DNA from: a bacterium
GTDB taxonomy: Bacteria; UBA8248
Length of the DNA: 64,000 bases
Assembly (NCBI GenBank): GCA_965202625.1
Contig: CBDBBI010000010.1
Span: forward strand, 96,001 to 160,000
Reading direction: 5' to 3'
Position numbers and translations under genes: made by a program. Shown piece after piece: positions 49,095-59,027 of this stretch. The first letter of the stretch is position 1, and each line of letters opens with the position of its first letter. The notes under the pieces were generated by a model. The model had not been told where the DNA came from and made no database searches. It saw only the letters and a list, made by a program, of their open reading frames with translations.

Positions 49095-49490
49095 ATGAGC
49101 GAGAGGAGCGGTGTGAACAAGCCCGTTGATCTTACGGTAGACAAGCGCGCCCGGGAATTTCGCGTGGAGTGGGCGAGCGGAGAGAGAAGCGTTTTCGGGT
49201 TTGATTACCTCTCCGCCCATTGTCCTTGCGCGAATTGCAAGGAGAGGCGTAAAGAGATAGAGAAAAATCCACTCCATGTCCTCTCTGGACCAACCGGATC
49301 CTCCGAGTTGGAGAACGCTGAGATGGTGGGACGATACGCCATCAACTTCATCTGGAAGGGCGGATGCGGGGCCGGCATCTATTCGTTCGATTACCTCTAC
49401 GACATCGATCCGGGGCGCGCCCAGAGCGCGTCCGAAGCGAAAGAGGAATTCCGCCATGCCGAAAGAGATGGAAGCGCAAGATCAAGATAA
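49095..49490 (+). CDS. DUF971 / gamma-butyrobetaine hydroxylase N-terminal-like protein
   Basis: W..G, CPCANC, VGRYA, GIYSFDYL. Confidence 0.85.
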   Translation: MSERSGVNKPVDLTVDKRAREFRVEWASGERSVFGFDYLSAHCPCANCKERRKEIEKNPLHVLSGPTGSSELENAEMVGRYAINFIWKGGCGAGIYSFDYLYDIDPGRAQSASEAKEEFRHAERDGSARSR

Positions 49491-50081
49491 AAGGCTAGTG
49501 AAATCAGGAGAAGCACAGGGGTTTTGGCCCACGTGAATCAGCAGTGTGCTCCTTCTTCGCGCGGTCGCGCGGGGGTTTGGCTGGATGAAGCGAAAAATCC
49601 TCCGAATGAACTGAAAATCTCCTAGGCGAGGATTCCTTCAACCTCTGCGCGGTTGGGGTTCACGACCAATCCGATGAGGTCGCGCGATGCAGGCGACGAG
49701 GAGTGCTCCATGCGCGCGTAACGTCGCGTTTCGCGTTAGATAGACGAGAATGCTCCTCCTTGTGATATCCTTTTCGTTCGTTTATTTCATCGGGTTTTTG
49801 CGTGTTTACAGGAGGATTTGCAGCTTTTTTTCATTCGACTGAGGAGAATGGGCAAATCGTGGAGGAGGAAATAAATCCATCGGGTTACTTTTTCTCAGAC
49901 GCCAACTGGATGCGGGGAGAGCGATGCGGGCTGCGCGGCGTGGAAGTTCTCAAGGGATTTTCTGGTTGTCTTTGAGCGATCGGGTGCGGAGGGGGGATGA
50001 CGTATCTTGTAAAAATCGCCCGGTGCGAAAGATTCCGCGCGCCTTGGTTTTGATGTATACAGGTGGCGTCGAGTTCTGTAG

Positions 50082-51353
50082 ATGGGGGAGGAAATTTTGG
50101 GTCAGACGATGGCGGAGAAAATTCTCTCATCGCGCTCTGGATCCTATGCCAGGGCGGGCGACTTGGTGGTGGCCGAACTCGATTACGTCATGGCGGGCGA
50201 CGCCAAGGGACCCAAGGCGATTGATATTTTTAGGGACGCGGGCTTCGCTTTCAAGTTAGATCCACGTAAAACAGATTTCATCATCGATCATTTCGTTCCC
50301 GCCCAGGACGTGCTTTGGGCGAACCATCACAAAAAATTGAGGCAATTCGGCACTGAATTTGGAGTTCAGGTCTTTGAGCCGGGGGCGGGCGTCTGCCACA
50401 CCGTCGTGACGGAGGAGGGCCGCGTCGGCCCGGGCGCGCTCGCCGTAGGGGGTGACAGCCATGTCTGCACCTACGGGGCGCTGGGCGCGATGGCCGTGGC
50501 CGTCGAGAGCGTCGAGATCGCCTCCGCCTACGCCACCGGAAAGCTCTGGTTCAAGACGCCCGAGAGCGTTCGCGTGGAGTTCGAGGGTGCGCTCTCCCAC
50601 GGAGTGTTCTCGAAGGACGTGGAGCTGGCCCTGGCGCGGGAGTTGGGCGAGAACGGGGCGAATTACATGGCGGTGGAATACGGAGGGGAGGCCCTAGCCG
50701 ACCTGTCGATGGACGCGCGCTTCACCATCGCGAACATGTCGGTGGACATGGGGGCGAAGACCGGCATCATGGAGGTAGACGAGAGAACCCTCGATTGGGC
50801 ACGGGCGCATGGCGCGCGGTGCGACGATGCGGTGCGCCCGGACGCCGCCGCCGTCTACGCGAGGACGATTCATCTCGACGTCTCCGCGGTCACGCCCGTC
50901 GTCGCGGCACCGCCCGCCACGGGAAACACGCATCCGATCGATGCGTACGCGGGATTGCCGATTCGGCAGGCGTTCGTGGGTACGTGCACGAACGGGCGAT
51001 TGGAGGACGTCGAAATTGCCGCGCGCGTCGTCCGGGGCCGGAAGATCGCACCGGGCGTGCGCTTTTACGTGGCACCCACGAGCAGGAGAGTCTATGAGGC
51101 CGCAGCCGAGAGCGGGGCGGTCGGGGATTTGGTCCGGGCAGGCGCCGCCGTACTCACTGCCGCCTGCGGCCCGTGCGCCTCAATGACGGGAAACGGCTGC
51201 CTCGCCGATGGGGAGCGCGCGATTTCCTCCGCGAACCGAAATTTTCCAGGGAGGCTGGGTAGCAAGGAGGCGGAGATATTCCTGGCTTCTCCGGCCACGG
51301 TGGCGGCGAGTGCGCTTACGGGCCGCATTACTGACCCCAGGGAATTTCTATAG
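50082..51353 (+). CDS. 3-isopropylmalate dehydratase-like large subunit (aconitase family)
   Basis: TMAEKIL, IDH, GVCH, DSH, GTCTNGR, ACGPC, NRNF.GR. Confidence 0.9.
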   Translation: MGEEILGQTMAEKILSSRSGSYARAGDLVVAELDYVMAGDAKGPKAIDIFRDAGFAFKLDPRKTDFIIDHFVPAQDVLWANHHKKLRQFGTEFGVQVFEPGAGVCHTVVTEEGRVGPGALAVGGDSHVCTYGALGAMAVAVESVEIASAYATGKLWFKTPESVRVEFEGALSHGVFSKDVELALARELGENGANYMAVEYGGEALADLSMDARFTIANMSVDMGAKTGIMEVDERTLDWARAHGARCDDAVRPDAAAVYARTIHLDVSAVTPVVAAPPATGNTHPIDAYAGLPIRQAFVGTCTNGRLEDVEIAARVVRGRKIAPGVRFYVAPTSRRVYEAAAESGAVGDLVRAGAAVLTAACGPCASMTGNGCLADGERAISSANRNFPGRLGSKEAEIFLASPATVAASALTGRITDPREFL

Positions 51354-51394
51354 GATCGTAGATGGGAACTGCGGGGAGGGGGCGCGGCGTGAGG

Positions 51395-51874
51395 ATGCGG
51401 GGGAAAGTCCATCGCTTCGGCGATGACGTCAGCACGGACGTGCATCTGTCGGTGAAATACCGCCCACCCGGCACTTCGATGGAAGAGCTCAAGCGTGATG
51501 CCTTCAAGGAGCTCGACCCGAATTTTTCAAAAAACGTGAAAGCGGGCGACATTGTGGTAGCGGGGGAGAATTTCGGCCTCATCAGCAGCCGGCAGGATTC
51601 CGCTCTCGTGCTCCGGGAGCTGGGCGTGAGTTGCGTCCTAGCTAAGAGCTTTGGCCACATGTTCTATCGAAACGCGATCAACTCGGGGCTTCCCGCCATT
51701 GTCTGCGATACCGATGGGATGCGGGCGGGTGATGAGGTCGAGGTGGACCCCGTGTCCGGAGAGGTCCGAGCAGGGGATGAGCGCATCGCCTGCGCGCCCT
51801 TTCCTGACGCGCTGTGGGTGATGATCGAAGCGGGCGGCCTCGTGCCGTATCTGCGGGAGAAGGGTGATTTTTAG
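51395..51874 (+). CDS. 3-isopropylmalate dehydratase-like small subunit
   Basis: GDDVSTD, GENFG..SSR, FYRNAINSG, AGGL. Confidence 0.9.
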   Translation: MRGKVHRFGDDVSTDVHLSVKYRPPGTSMEELKRDAFKELDPNFSKNVKAGDIVVAGENFGLISSRQDSALVLRELGVSCVLAKSFGHMFYRNAINSGLPAIVCDTDGMRAGDEVEVDPVSGEVRAGDERIACAPFPDALWVMIEAGGLVPYLREKGDF

Positions 51875-51972
51875 AGGTGATCGACGGGAATCATTGACGA
51901 TTTCAGAAATTCGTCGTCTCTAGGGGGCGATGTGTATCCCCTCAGATGAATTCAATCAGTGACATGAAGCTC

Positions 51973-52437
51973 TCACAGAGAGCTCTCCTCCAGAACGTCT
52001 TCAAGCACGGCCATCGGCAGCCCGAAATTCCGGTATCCTTCTCTCAGTGTTTCGACGTATTGCGCCGTTGGCCGCGCCGCTCTCAGGGGTCGTCGCATGA
52101 CGTAGATCATGGTCGTTCTGGGTCCATCGTCCGTCGCTACTTCGACCTCTTCTCTATTGTAGAGTGTCGGGTAGCCCTCGAACCGATCTAGGGCGGGCAG
52201 GTCGTCCGCGCGCAGGTGAAAAAGCGCACCCAGAACGCGCCCGCCCGTTTCTGGGGTCACGGTCGCCCAGCCCGGCGCGTCTGGTGACGCCGTCTCGGGC
52301 AGGGCGATGGTGAGGATGTGGTCCTCCAGGTGCGCAAAGCATAGGGGTGCGCTTCCGGGGCAGAGGGACTTCATGTGCGCTATGTTTAGGTTCGCCCCGT
52401 AGGCGAAATAATACGGCTCAGGCGTAGCCGACGTCAT
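51973..52437 (-). CDS. gamma-glutamylcyclotransferase family protein
   Basis: YFAYGANL, LDRFEG...Y. Confidence 0.88.
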   Translation of the reverse strand: MTSATPEPYYFAYGANLNIAHMKSLCPGSAPLCFAHLEDHILTIALPETASPDAPGWATVTPETGGRVLGALFHLRADDLPALDRFEGYPTLYNREEVEVATDDGPRTTMIYVMRRPLRAARPTAQYVETLREGYRNFGLPMAVLEDVLEESSL

Positions 52438-52810
52438 CCTCATCCTCGCCTTCCCAGTCGAGGTCGATGACCGGCGGGTCGTCCCAGTCGTTCGGAAAGG
52501 CGAGCAGGAGCCTGGTCTTCTCGTCTCCCACTTGGGCCGCGCTGTGAATCGCCTCCTTTCGGATGGTGATGACTTCACCCCTCCGCACCAGGACGAGCTC
52601 CTCCTCCACGTTGAACTGCATCTGTCCCTCGACGACGACTACGGCTTCCTCCTTGCGGTGCGCATGATACGGTACGAAGGCGCCGGCGGGCTGCTCGACC
52701 TCGAATATGCGGTAGTCCCGCTCGGCCAGGGCGGAGATGATCTCCTCATGTTCTGGCTCACATTCATACGCCGTGGCGACATCTTCTAAGCGATAGGCCG
52801 GTTCCCTCAT
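52418..52810 (-). CDS. cupin domain protein with acidic tail
   Basis: PYHAH..EE...G......GE......AIHS. Confidence 0.8.
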   Translation of the reverse strand: MREPAYRLEDVATAYECEPEHEEIISALAERDYRIFEVEQPAGAFVPYHAHRKEEAVVVVEGQMQFNVEEELVLVRRGEVITIRKEAIHSAAQVGDEKTRLLLAFPNDWDDPPVIDLDWEGEDEDDVGYA

Positions 52811-52908
52811 CTGGAGACCCCCTCCCTCAATGCCCAATATCTTTCGGACCGCCTGGAAACGTGGACTTTCGTGGCGCACCCGGCAAGCTCTCGGATACAG
52901 TATTCCCA

Positions 52909-53023
52909 TCATTTTCTCGTGTTCTTCATTGAGAAGGATATCGCCTCCTCAATGACTATCTGGCGGCGGCTTGAATTTCCATGTTCGTCATCTACGCGCG
53001 AAGATAGCCTGGATGATTTGCAT
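52909..53023 (-). pseudogene. possible nitroreductase N-terminal remnant
   Basis: MQIIQAIFARR*RTWKFKP resembles the nitroreductase start (AI..RRSIRKF); stops follow and the rest is missing. Confidence 0.3.
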
Positions 53024-53278
53024 CTCATCGCATTCTCTCCGCTCCGCCTCCACATGGCTGCCAACCGCGTACTGATAGGCGGACTCCTCTCACTTCTTTA
53101 CCATACTTTGGCGTATCTTGAGAATCTCCCCCTCCAACGTTTCGCCGGCACTTTCCTTCTTGTTGGGTGTCTCAGCGGGAACCATGCGGATGCGGGGAGC
53201 CTGAGTGTCTGCTTTCCGCGTATGGCGGGCTTCGCGTCTTCGCCGAGGGTGTTCCAGACCCTGCGCATGGACGCACTC

Positions 53279-53680
53279 CTACGTCGGGGTTGCCGCATGG
53301 AGTCTGGATTTTTCGCGGTGCAGAAGCCAAAGAACGACAATTCCGCCGCCCGTGACATCCGCCGCGATATCCCCCCACGAGGCGGTTTTGTGGGGGAGAA
53401 AAATCTGGTGCAATTCGTCCACTGTGCCGTTCAGGGCGGTGAGGATGAATATGAAGGCAGCGGTTTTTCTCGCAGGCCAGAGGGTGAAACCCTCGCGCCA
53501 GGGCCGCCAGAGCAGCCAGGCGAGAACCCCAAATTCGCAAGCGTGTACGATTTTGTCCACCCCCGGAGGTTGCAGGGGCAAGGGCGATGAAGGTTCAAGC
53601 GCACCTGTAGCAGTAGTGACGTGGATCGCCGCCATGAATCCGAGCGCGATCGCCCAGCGAAGAGCGTTTTGCGAATTCAC
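53279..53680 (-). CDS. VanZ family membrane protein
   Basis: DKIVH..EFG, DELHQ.F.P, D..AD. Confidence 0.85.
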   Translation of the reverse strand: MNSQNALRWAIALGFMAAIHVTTATGALEPSSPLPLQPPGVDKIVHACEFGVLAWLLWRPWREGFTLWPARKTAAFIFILTALNGTVDELHQIFLPHKTASWGDIAADVTGGGIVVLWLLHREKSRLHAATPT

Positions 53681-54090
53681 CGTCTTTGTTTTGCGAGAGG
53701 AGGCAGGGGGACGACCGCCTCAACCTCGACCAGAAAGTGAGGATCGGCTAAGCTTGAGACCACTAGAAACGTGCTCGCCGGCGGATTATCGGGAAAGAAC
53801 TCGGCCCGCGCCCTGCCGACGGCACTCCTGTCGTCGAGGCTTGTGACGAAAACCTGAATCTTGACGACGTCCTTCATGCTCCCACCAGCGGCTTTCACCA
53901 CTTTCTGTACGTTGCGGTAGCACTGGCGCGCTTGGCCCTCGGCATCGCCCGGGCAGACGAGCTCCCCGTTCTCATTCACGGGCGTCTGACCCGCTACATA
54001 GAGCGTTCGAGCGCATTCGACAATCACCCCGTGCGAGAAATGCCCGGCTGGCCTGGCGAGCGCGTCGGGAGCGAGCGTCTCGCGTCTCAT
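53677..54090 (-). CDS. RidA/YjgF family protein
   Basis: FSHG, LYVAGQ, PAST, VEVEA. Confidence 0.9.
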   Translation of the reverse strand: MRRETLAPDALARPAGHFSHGVIVECARTLYVAGQTPVNENGELVCPGDAEGQARQCYRNVQKVVKAAGGSMKDVVKIQVFVTSLDDRSAVGRARAEFFPDNPPASTFLVVSSLADPHFLVEVEAVVPLPPLAKQRR

Positions 54091-54203
54091 TTCCTCTCCT
54101 TCGGATGAAAACAGCGCATCAATATCATATGTAAACGCTCCATCTTTGTATGTGTGAGCCCTGCCCCTTCGCGTGTCCGCTTTTGGGCGTCACCAAGATC
54201 GGA

Positions 54204-55532
54204 TCAATAGGATACTTTCGCCTCGTCCAAATTGCCCACCGCCGCGAGGGTGGATTCGCTGAGTCGGATGTATTTTCTCGCGACCGCCTGGATTTGCGCT
54301 TTCGTGATGCTGCGAATCTTCTTCAGGTATTCGTCCGCATAATCGGGGGAGAAGCCCAGGAGCTCCAGTGCGAGGATGTAGTTCGAAATGCGGCTTGACG
54401 AGCCGAAACGCGTGGCGAAATTTCCGGTGAGGAAATCCTGCGCGCCTTTCAGCTCATCCGCACTCACCCCCGTCACCTGGATGCGTCTTATCTCCTTGAG
54501 CGTTTCTCCGATGGCCTCGTTCGCGCTCTTGTTCTTCGTTTGAAGAACGAGCCGCCAGTGCCCCGCGTGCTGATTCGACGCGAAGTAGCTGTAGACGGCA
54601 TAGACGAGGCCCTTCTCCTCTCTGAGGTTGTTCGAGATTCTGTTAGTGAGGCTGCCCCCGCCCAGGATGTAGTTCATCACGCGCGCGGCGTAGAAGTCAG
54701 GGTTCGTTCTCTTGAGCGAGCGGTTGCCCAGAATCACCGTGGTCTGGGCGAGGGGACGGTCGATCTTGACGACCCGCATCTCGCGCGGGAGCTTGGGCGG
54801 CGTCAACTCGGGAATTTTTCCTCCCCCTGCGCGCCAGCCGTTGAAACGAGCCAGAACGAGGGCGCGCGCGCGAGGAAGCGAAATGTCGCCCACGAAGACG
54901 AAGACCGTCCCCTTGAGGCCATACCATCGCTTGTGGAAGGTTACGAGATCGTCTCTGCGCAGTTTCTTGATCGACTCCCCTGTCCCCTCCACCATGCGGC
55001 CGTAGGGCGTTTTTCCAAAAAGGCTCTCTCTGAGCGCCCTGTCCGCCAAATGGGCGGGGCGCTCGCGTTTTTGGCGTAGCGCGCCCAGAATTCTCCGCTT
55101 CGTCTTTTCGATCTCCTCCTCCGGAAAGGTGGGGTTTCTGAGGATGTCCCCCAGCAGGGAGAATCCCTTTTCCAAATCCCGCGTGAGTACGCGCATGGAT
55201 GCCTCCGCGCGGATGCGTCCGGCCCCGATGCCCACGCCGCCGCCCAGAGTGTCGTTCATCTTTTCGATGTCCGAGGCGTTCCTCCCCTTCGTGCCCCGGA
55301 TGAGGAGAGCGGAGGCGAGATTCGCAAGCCCTGCCTGCGCAGGCGTCTCATGGCGCGCGCCTGCTGGAATCGAGACGGTGATTCGCACCATGGGCAACTG
55401 CCGGTTTTCCTTGACGAGCAGCACGGCCCCGCCTGGCAACTCCGCTCGATCGTAGGTGATGACGGCCGCGTGCGAGAGGATGGGAAGCAGAGTCGCGGCG
55501 GCCAGTGCCCAGGAAACGAGATGCGTCCTCAT
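54204..55532 (-). CDS. M16 (pitrilysin) family protein, non-catalytic subunit
   Basis: Signal peptide; GLANL..LL..GT lacking HxxEH; LREEKGLVY. Confidence 0.9.
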   Translation of the reverse strand: MRTHLVSWALAAATLLPILSHAAVITYDRAELPGGAVLLVKENRQLPMVRITVSIPAGARHETPAQAGLANLASALLIRGTKGRNASDIEKMNDTLGGGVGIGAGRIRAEASMRVLTRDLEKGFSLLGDILRNPTFPEEEIEKTKRRILGALRQKRERPAHLADRALRESLFGKTPYGRMVEGTGESIKKLRRDDLVTFHKRWYGLKGTVFVFVGDISLPRARALVLARFNGWRAGGGKIPELTPPKLPREMRVVKIDRPLAQTTVILGNRSLKRTNPDFYAARVMNYILGGGSLTNRISNNLREEKGLVYAVYSYFASNQHAGHWRLVLQTKNKSANEAIGETLKEIRRIQVTGVSADELKGAQDFLTGNFATRFGSSSRISNYILALELLGFSPDYADEYLKKIRSITKAQIQAVARKYIRLSESTLAAVGNLDEAKVSY

Positions 55533-55533
55533 C

Positions 55534-56925
55534 TTAGCGTCCTCCCTGTTTTTGGACGGCGCGGCCCGCGCTCTCCTTGATTGGGATGAGCACGGCGGTG
55601 GTCCTGTTACGGTGGTTTAGGTATTTCTTGGCGACGCGCGTGACGTCGGCCGGCGTAACCTTCCGAAGAGCGGGCAGATAGCGTTTCAACAACCGCCAAT
55701 CGCCCGCCACCGCCGCCTGGCCGAGGAGCCTGGCCCGGTAGTAGTGGGAGTCCATCGAGAAAATCGTATTCGCTTCAATGTTGCTGAGCGCGCGGTTGAA
55801 CTCCTCTTTTCGGACGCCCTCCTTGATGAGTCTTTTCACCTCCTCGAGCAGCGCCTTTTCCACCTCCTCGGATCTCTTCCCTGGCGCGGGCCTCGCGTAG
55901 AGATAGAAGATCATCGGATCCACGGAGAGGTAGGTGTAGTCCGCACCCGCCCCCAGTGCGATGGCGTCTTTTCGCACCAGTCTTTGATGGAAGCGGGACC
56001 TCTCGCCTCCGCCGAGGATGGCTTCGAGCATGACGAGGGAAGGGGCATCCTCGCTTCGCCAGTTGGGGGCGTGATAGCCGATGGCCACGTAGGAAAGCTG
56101 CGCGTCCGCACGCACGAGCACCCTGCGCTCTGATTTTTGAGGGCCCTCAAAGAGCCTGGGCCGTCTTCTGAAGGTCGGGGATTTCGGAATTTTCCCGAAA
56201 TGCTTCTCGATGAGCGCGATCGCCTCATTGACCTTGAAGTCACCTACGAGGACGAGGGTTGCGTTCTCTGGGCTGTAATAGCGTTTATAGAACCTTCCCA
56301 TGTCCTTGATAGTAATGGCCTCCAAATCTTCCGGCCAGCCGATGATCGGGTTCTTGTAGGGGTGGCTCGTGTATGCGACGGCGCGCAGCTGCTCCCAAAA
56401 CCGACCCGTCGGCCTGTCGGTTCGGGTGCGTCTTTCCTCGTGCACGACGTTTTTCTCCGCGTCGAATTTCGTTTTATTCAGAAGCAGGTTCACCATACGG
56501 TCGGCTTCGAGCGCGATGACGACCTCGAGCCTGTCCGAAGCGATGCGCTCGTAATACGCGGTATAGTCGAAACTCGTGAAAGCGTTGTGCGTACCACCGT
56601 TTCTCTTGATGATGTCTTCAAATTCTCTGTCGCTGTGTGTCGTGGTGCCGCGAAACATCATATGCTCGAGAAAGTGGGCCATGCCCGTGAGACCGGGGTG
56701 CTCGTCCCGGCTGCCGACGGCGTACCAAACCTTCGATACGACCATGGGCGCGCTGTGGTCCGGCAGAAGCAGGGCGCCCATTCCGTTTTTCATCCTGTGC
56801 GCGGTCACGTTCCAGGGGACATGCAGGGCAGCGTCTTGGGCGTTTGCCGCGGGCGTTGAGGTGGCGAGGAAATAGAGTGCGCAGATGAGGGCCAGGAGCG
56901 TGCGCGGCTTGTGGGTTTTCCGCAT
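55534..56925 (-). CDS. M16 (pitrilysin) zinc peptidase, catalytic subunit
   Basis: GMAHFLEHMMFRGT, NAFT, EER; signal peptide. Confidence 0.93.
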   Translation of the reverse strand: MRKTHKPRTLLALICALYFLATSTPAANAQDAALHVPWNVTAHRMKNGMGALLLPDHSAPMVVSKVWYAVGSRDEHPGLTGMAHFLEHMMFRGTTTHSDREFEDIIKRNGGTHNAFTSFDYTAYYERIASDRLEVVIALEADRMVNLLLNKTKFDAEKNVVHEERRTRTDRPTGRFWEQLRAVAYTSHPYKNPIIGWPEDLEAITIKDMGRFYKRYYSPENATLVLVGDFKVNEAIALIEKHFGKIPKSPTFRRRPRLFEGPQKSERRVLVRADAQLSYVAIGYHAPNWRSEDAPSLVMLEAILGGGERSRFHQRLVRKDAIALGAGADYTYLSVDPMIFYLYARPAPGKRSEEVEKALLEEVKRLIKEGVRKEEFNRALSNIEANTIFSMDSHYYRARLLGQAAVAGDWRLLKRYLPALRKVTPADVTRVAKKYLNHRNRTTAVLIPIKESAGRAVQKQGGR

Positions 56926-57002
56926 GAATCTATCCTTACGGATGGCGGCGAGTTTGATTAAGCGCTCGCCCGAGGAGGAGCGAAGCACAAGTTTTTTTCT
57001 CC

Positions 57003-58010
57003 CTAATCCTGAATGCCGACTTTTTCCAAAACCTCCGGGTTCAGGAGTCCGGCTGGGCGTCTTCGGGCGATGACGTCGAGGGCGGCGCGGACGGCGAACT
57101 CCAGCGAATGTGCGCAGGCGTCCTCACCCAGACCCGCCATGTGGGGTGTAAGGACGACGTTGTCGAGCGAGAAAATCGGATGGCGGCGATCTGGCGGCTC
57201 TTCTGGAAACACGTCGAGGGCGGCGCCCTGAATGGCACCGCTCTCAAGAGCGAACGCTAAGGCGTCCAGGTCCACCACGGCGCCGCGCGAGGTGTTGATG
57301 AGGTAGGCGCTCGTTTTCATGGAAGCGAGGAATCGCGGATTCACCATGCCGCGCGTCTCGTCGTTCAGGGGCACATGGCAGGTGATGAAATCGGCGCGTC
57401 TCGCCACTTCCTCGCGCTCTTTGTAGAAGACGCCCACCTCGGCGGCGAAGCGCTCATCGCGCGCGACGTCGTGGGCGATGACCTCCATGCCGAAGGCGAT
57501 GGCGCGGCGCGCCACGCGCTTGCCGATGTTGCCCAACCCGATGATCCCCAGCGTCTTGCCCCGCAGCGGCGAGATGGGCGTCCTCAGGTTCGCCCACGCG
57601 CCCGCTCGAGTCTTTTTGTCGGTCTCGACGATCCTTCGCGCGGCGCAGAGCGCGAGGCCGATGACGTGCTCTGCGACGGAATCCGAGTTCTGGCCTGGCG
57701 CGTTGGTGACGACCACCCCGTGGCGCGTGGCGGCGTCGAGGTCGACGGCGTTGAAGCCCACGCCCGTTCTGGCGATGTGCCTCAAGTCGGTTCCCGCCGA
57801 GAGGGTACGCTCGTTGTAGGGGTCGTTGCTCGGAAAGGAGACGACCACGCCGGAAAGGGCAGCGATGATCTCCTCCTCCGTCCTGTCCACGCCGTTCGAT
57901 TCAATTCTCACCTCAAGGCCGACCTCGGTTTCGAGCGGCCTGAAATAGCGCATCGGGTCTTCAAGCCCGTTGATCCAGCTCGTGGTGACCCAAGCGATTC
58001 CTTTCGACAC
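57003..58010 (-). CDS. D-2-hydroxyacid dehydrogenase (phosphoglycerate dehydrogenase-like)
   Basis: GVGFNAVD, GLGNIG, NTSRG, LDVF..EP, TPH. Confidence 0.92.
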   Translation of the reverse strand: MSKGIAWVTTSWINGLEDPMRYFRPLETEVGLEVRIESNGVDRTEEEIIAALSGVVVSFPSNDPYNERTLSAGTDLRHIARTGVGFNAVDLDAATRHGVVVTNAPGQNSDSVAEHVIGLALCAARRIVETDKKTRAGAWANLRTPISPLRGKTLGIIGLGNIGKRVARRAIAFGMEVIAHDVARDERFAAEVGVFYKEREEVARRADFITCHVPLNDETRGMVNPRFLASMKTSAYLINTSRGAVVDLDALAFALESGAIQGAALDVFPEEPPDRRHPIFSLDNVVLTPHMAGLGEDACAHSLEFAVRAALDVIARRRPAGLLNPEVLEKVGIQD

Positions 58011-58321
58011 TTTTTCTATCCTCTCCCGGTAGGTTCGGCCCAGTTTTAGGCGATCGGTTTAGAATTGCAAAGGCGCACGATGAAATCTACAGCATAATCG
58101 CCTCTCTGTTCGTTTGCGCATTCTCTGCCCCCTTTGCTTGCGGCAATTCACCGTACAGGGACCGAGAATTGCGTGCGTGAGATGCCCTGCTTCTCAGCTT
58201 TTGGAAGATGCGATTCATCTCCGATCCATTTTCTTTCCGAAGTCGATTCGCGCTCGCGCCGCCTTGCCTTGCGCCCTGATCTCCCCGACTCCCCCACATC
58301 GCTTCTGTATCGTTCCCCCTT

Positions 58322-59005
58322 TCAAAAAACCTCATCTTCCGGATTGAGTACCTCGCCCATGCGCTTGAGGGTGGGAGCGGGCAACCCGTCGTAAAGCTTG
58401 ACCAGCTCCTCGTTCGTCTCCGTAAGTGCCATCTGGTAGAGGCTATTGCCCTGGGTGTCGCATTCCACGAGGAAGGGGCCGAAATTTTTTACTTCGAACA
58501 CCCACATCGCCTGGGCGATGCCCAGCTCATCAAGCCAATAGACGTCTCTCACGCCGGCGACGCCGCGCCCATATTGCGCGCCGATGCCGTAACCCACCGT
58601 GTTCAGGAACACCGCGCCCAAGCGCTTGAAGTGCGCCTCATAGAACTTGGGGGACATGCCGCCCTTGCCGATGACGCAGCGCACCCCGTGCCCATCCATC
58701 AGAAGGGGCAGGTGTTTCTCGAAGCGGAAGCTCGCCGTCGCTGTCACGGCGGCCACCTTCCATTCGCCGGACTCGTTCTGCCCCACGGCGGGCGAGCAGT
58801 GGAACGTCACGTTCGTGAGCGCGCGAATGTCCACGGGAGGCGGGGTTTTTTCATCGAACAGCTTCTTGTAAAGGCCGATTCTGCCGGTGAATATCACGCC
58901 GTCGAAATAGACGACGTCGCCCAGCCGAAGATTTGCCAGAGCCTCGGGCGACGCCGGCGCGTCAAGGCGGTGCTCCTGCATCTTGAGATCTGCGGTGCCG
59001 CTCAT
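58322..59005 (-). CDS. Fe-S hydro-lyase (fumarate hydratase/tartrate dehydratase) beta subunit
   Basis: LRLGD.V...G...TGR, FHCSP, TATAS.R, IGKGG, LG..QAMW. Confidence 0.88.
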   Translation of the reverse strand: MSGTADLKMQEHRLDAPASPEALANLRLGDVVYFDGVIFTGRIGLYKKLFDEKTPPPVDIRALTNVTFHCSPAVGQNESGEWKVAAVTATASFRFEKHLPLLMDGHGVRCVIGKGGMSPKFYEAHFKRLGAVFLNTVGYGIGAQYGRGVAGVRDVYWLDELGIAQAMWVFEVKNFGPFLVECDTQGNSLYQMALTETNEELVKLYDGLPAPTLKRMGEVLNPEDEVF

Positions 59006-59027
59006 TTGTCAAAATCTCCCGAGCCGC

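Noticed and set aside
52909-53023. TGA in MQIIQAIFARR* as possible Sec
   Set aside because: It corresponds to Ser of the nitroreductase RRS motif, further stops follow, and no complete domain is present.
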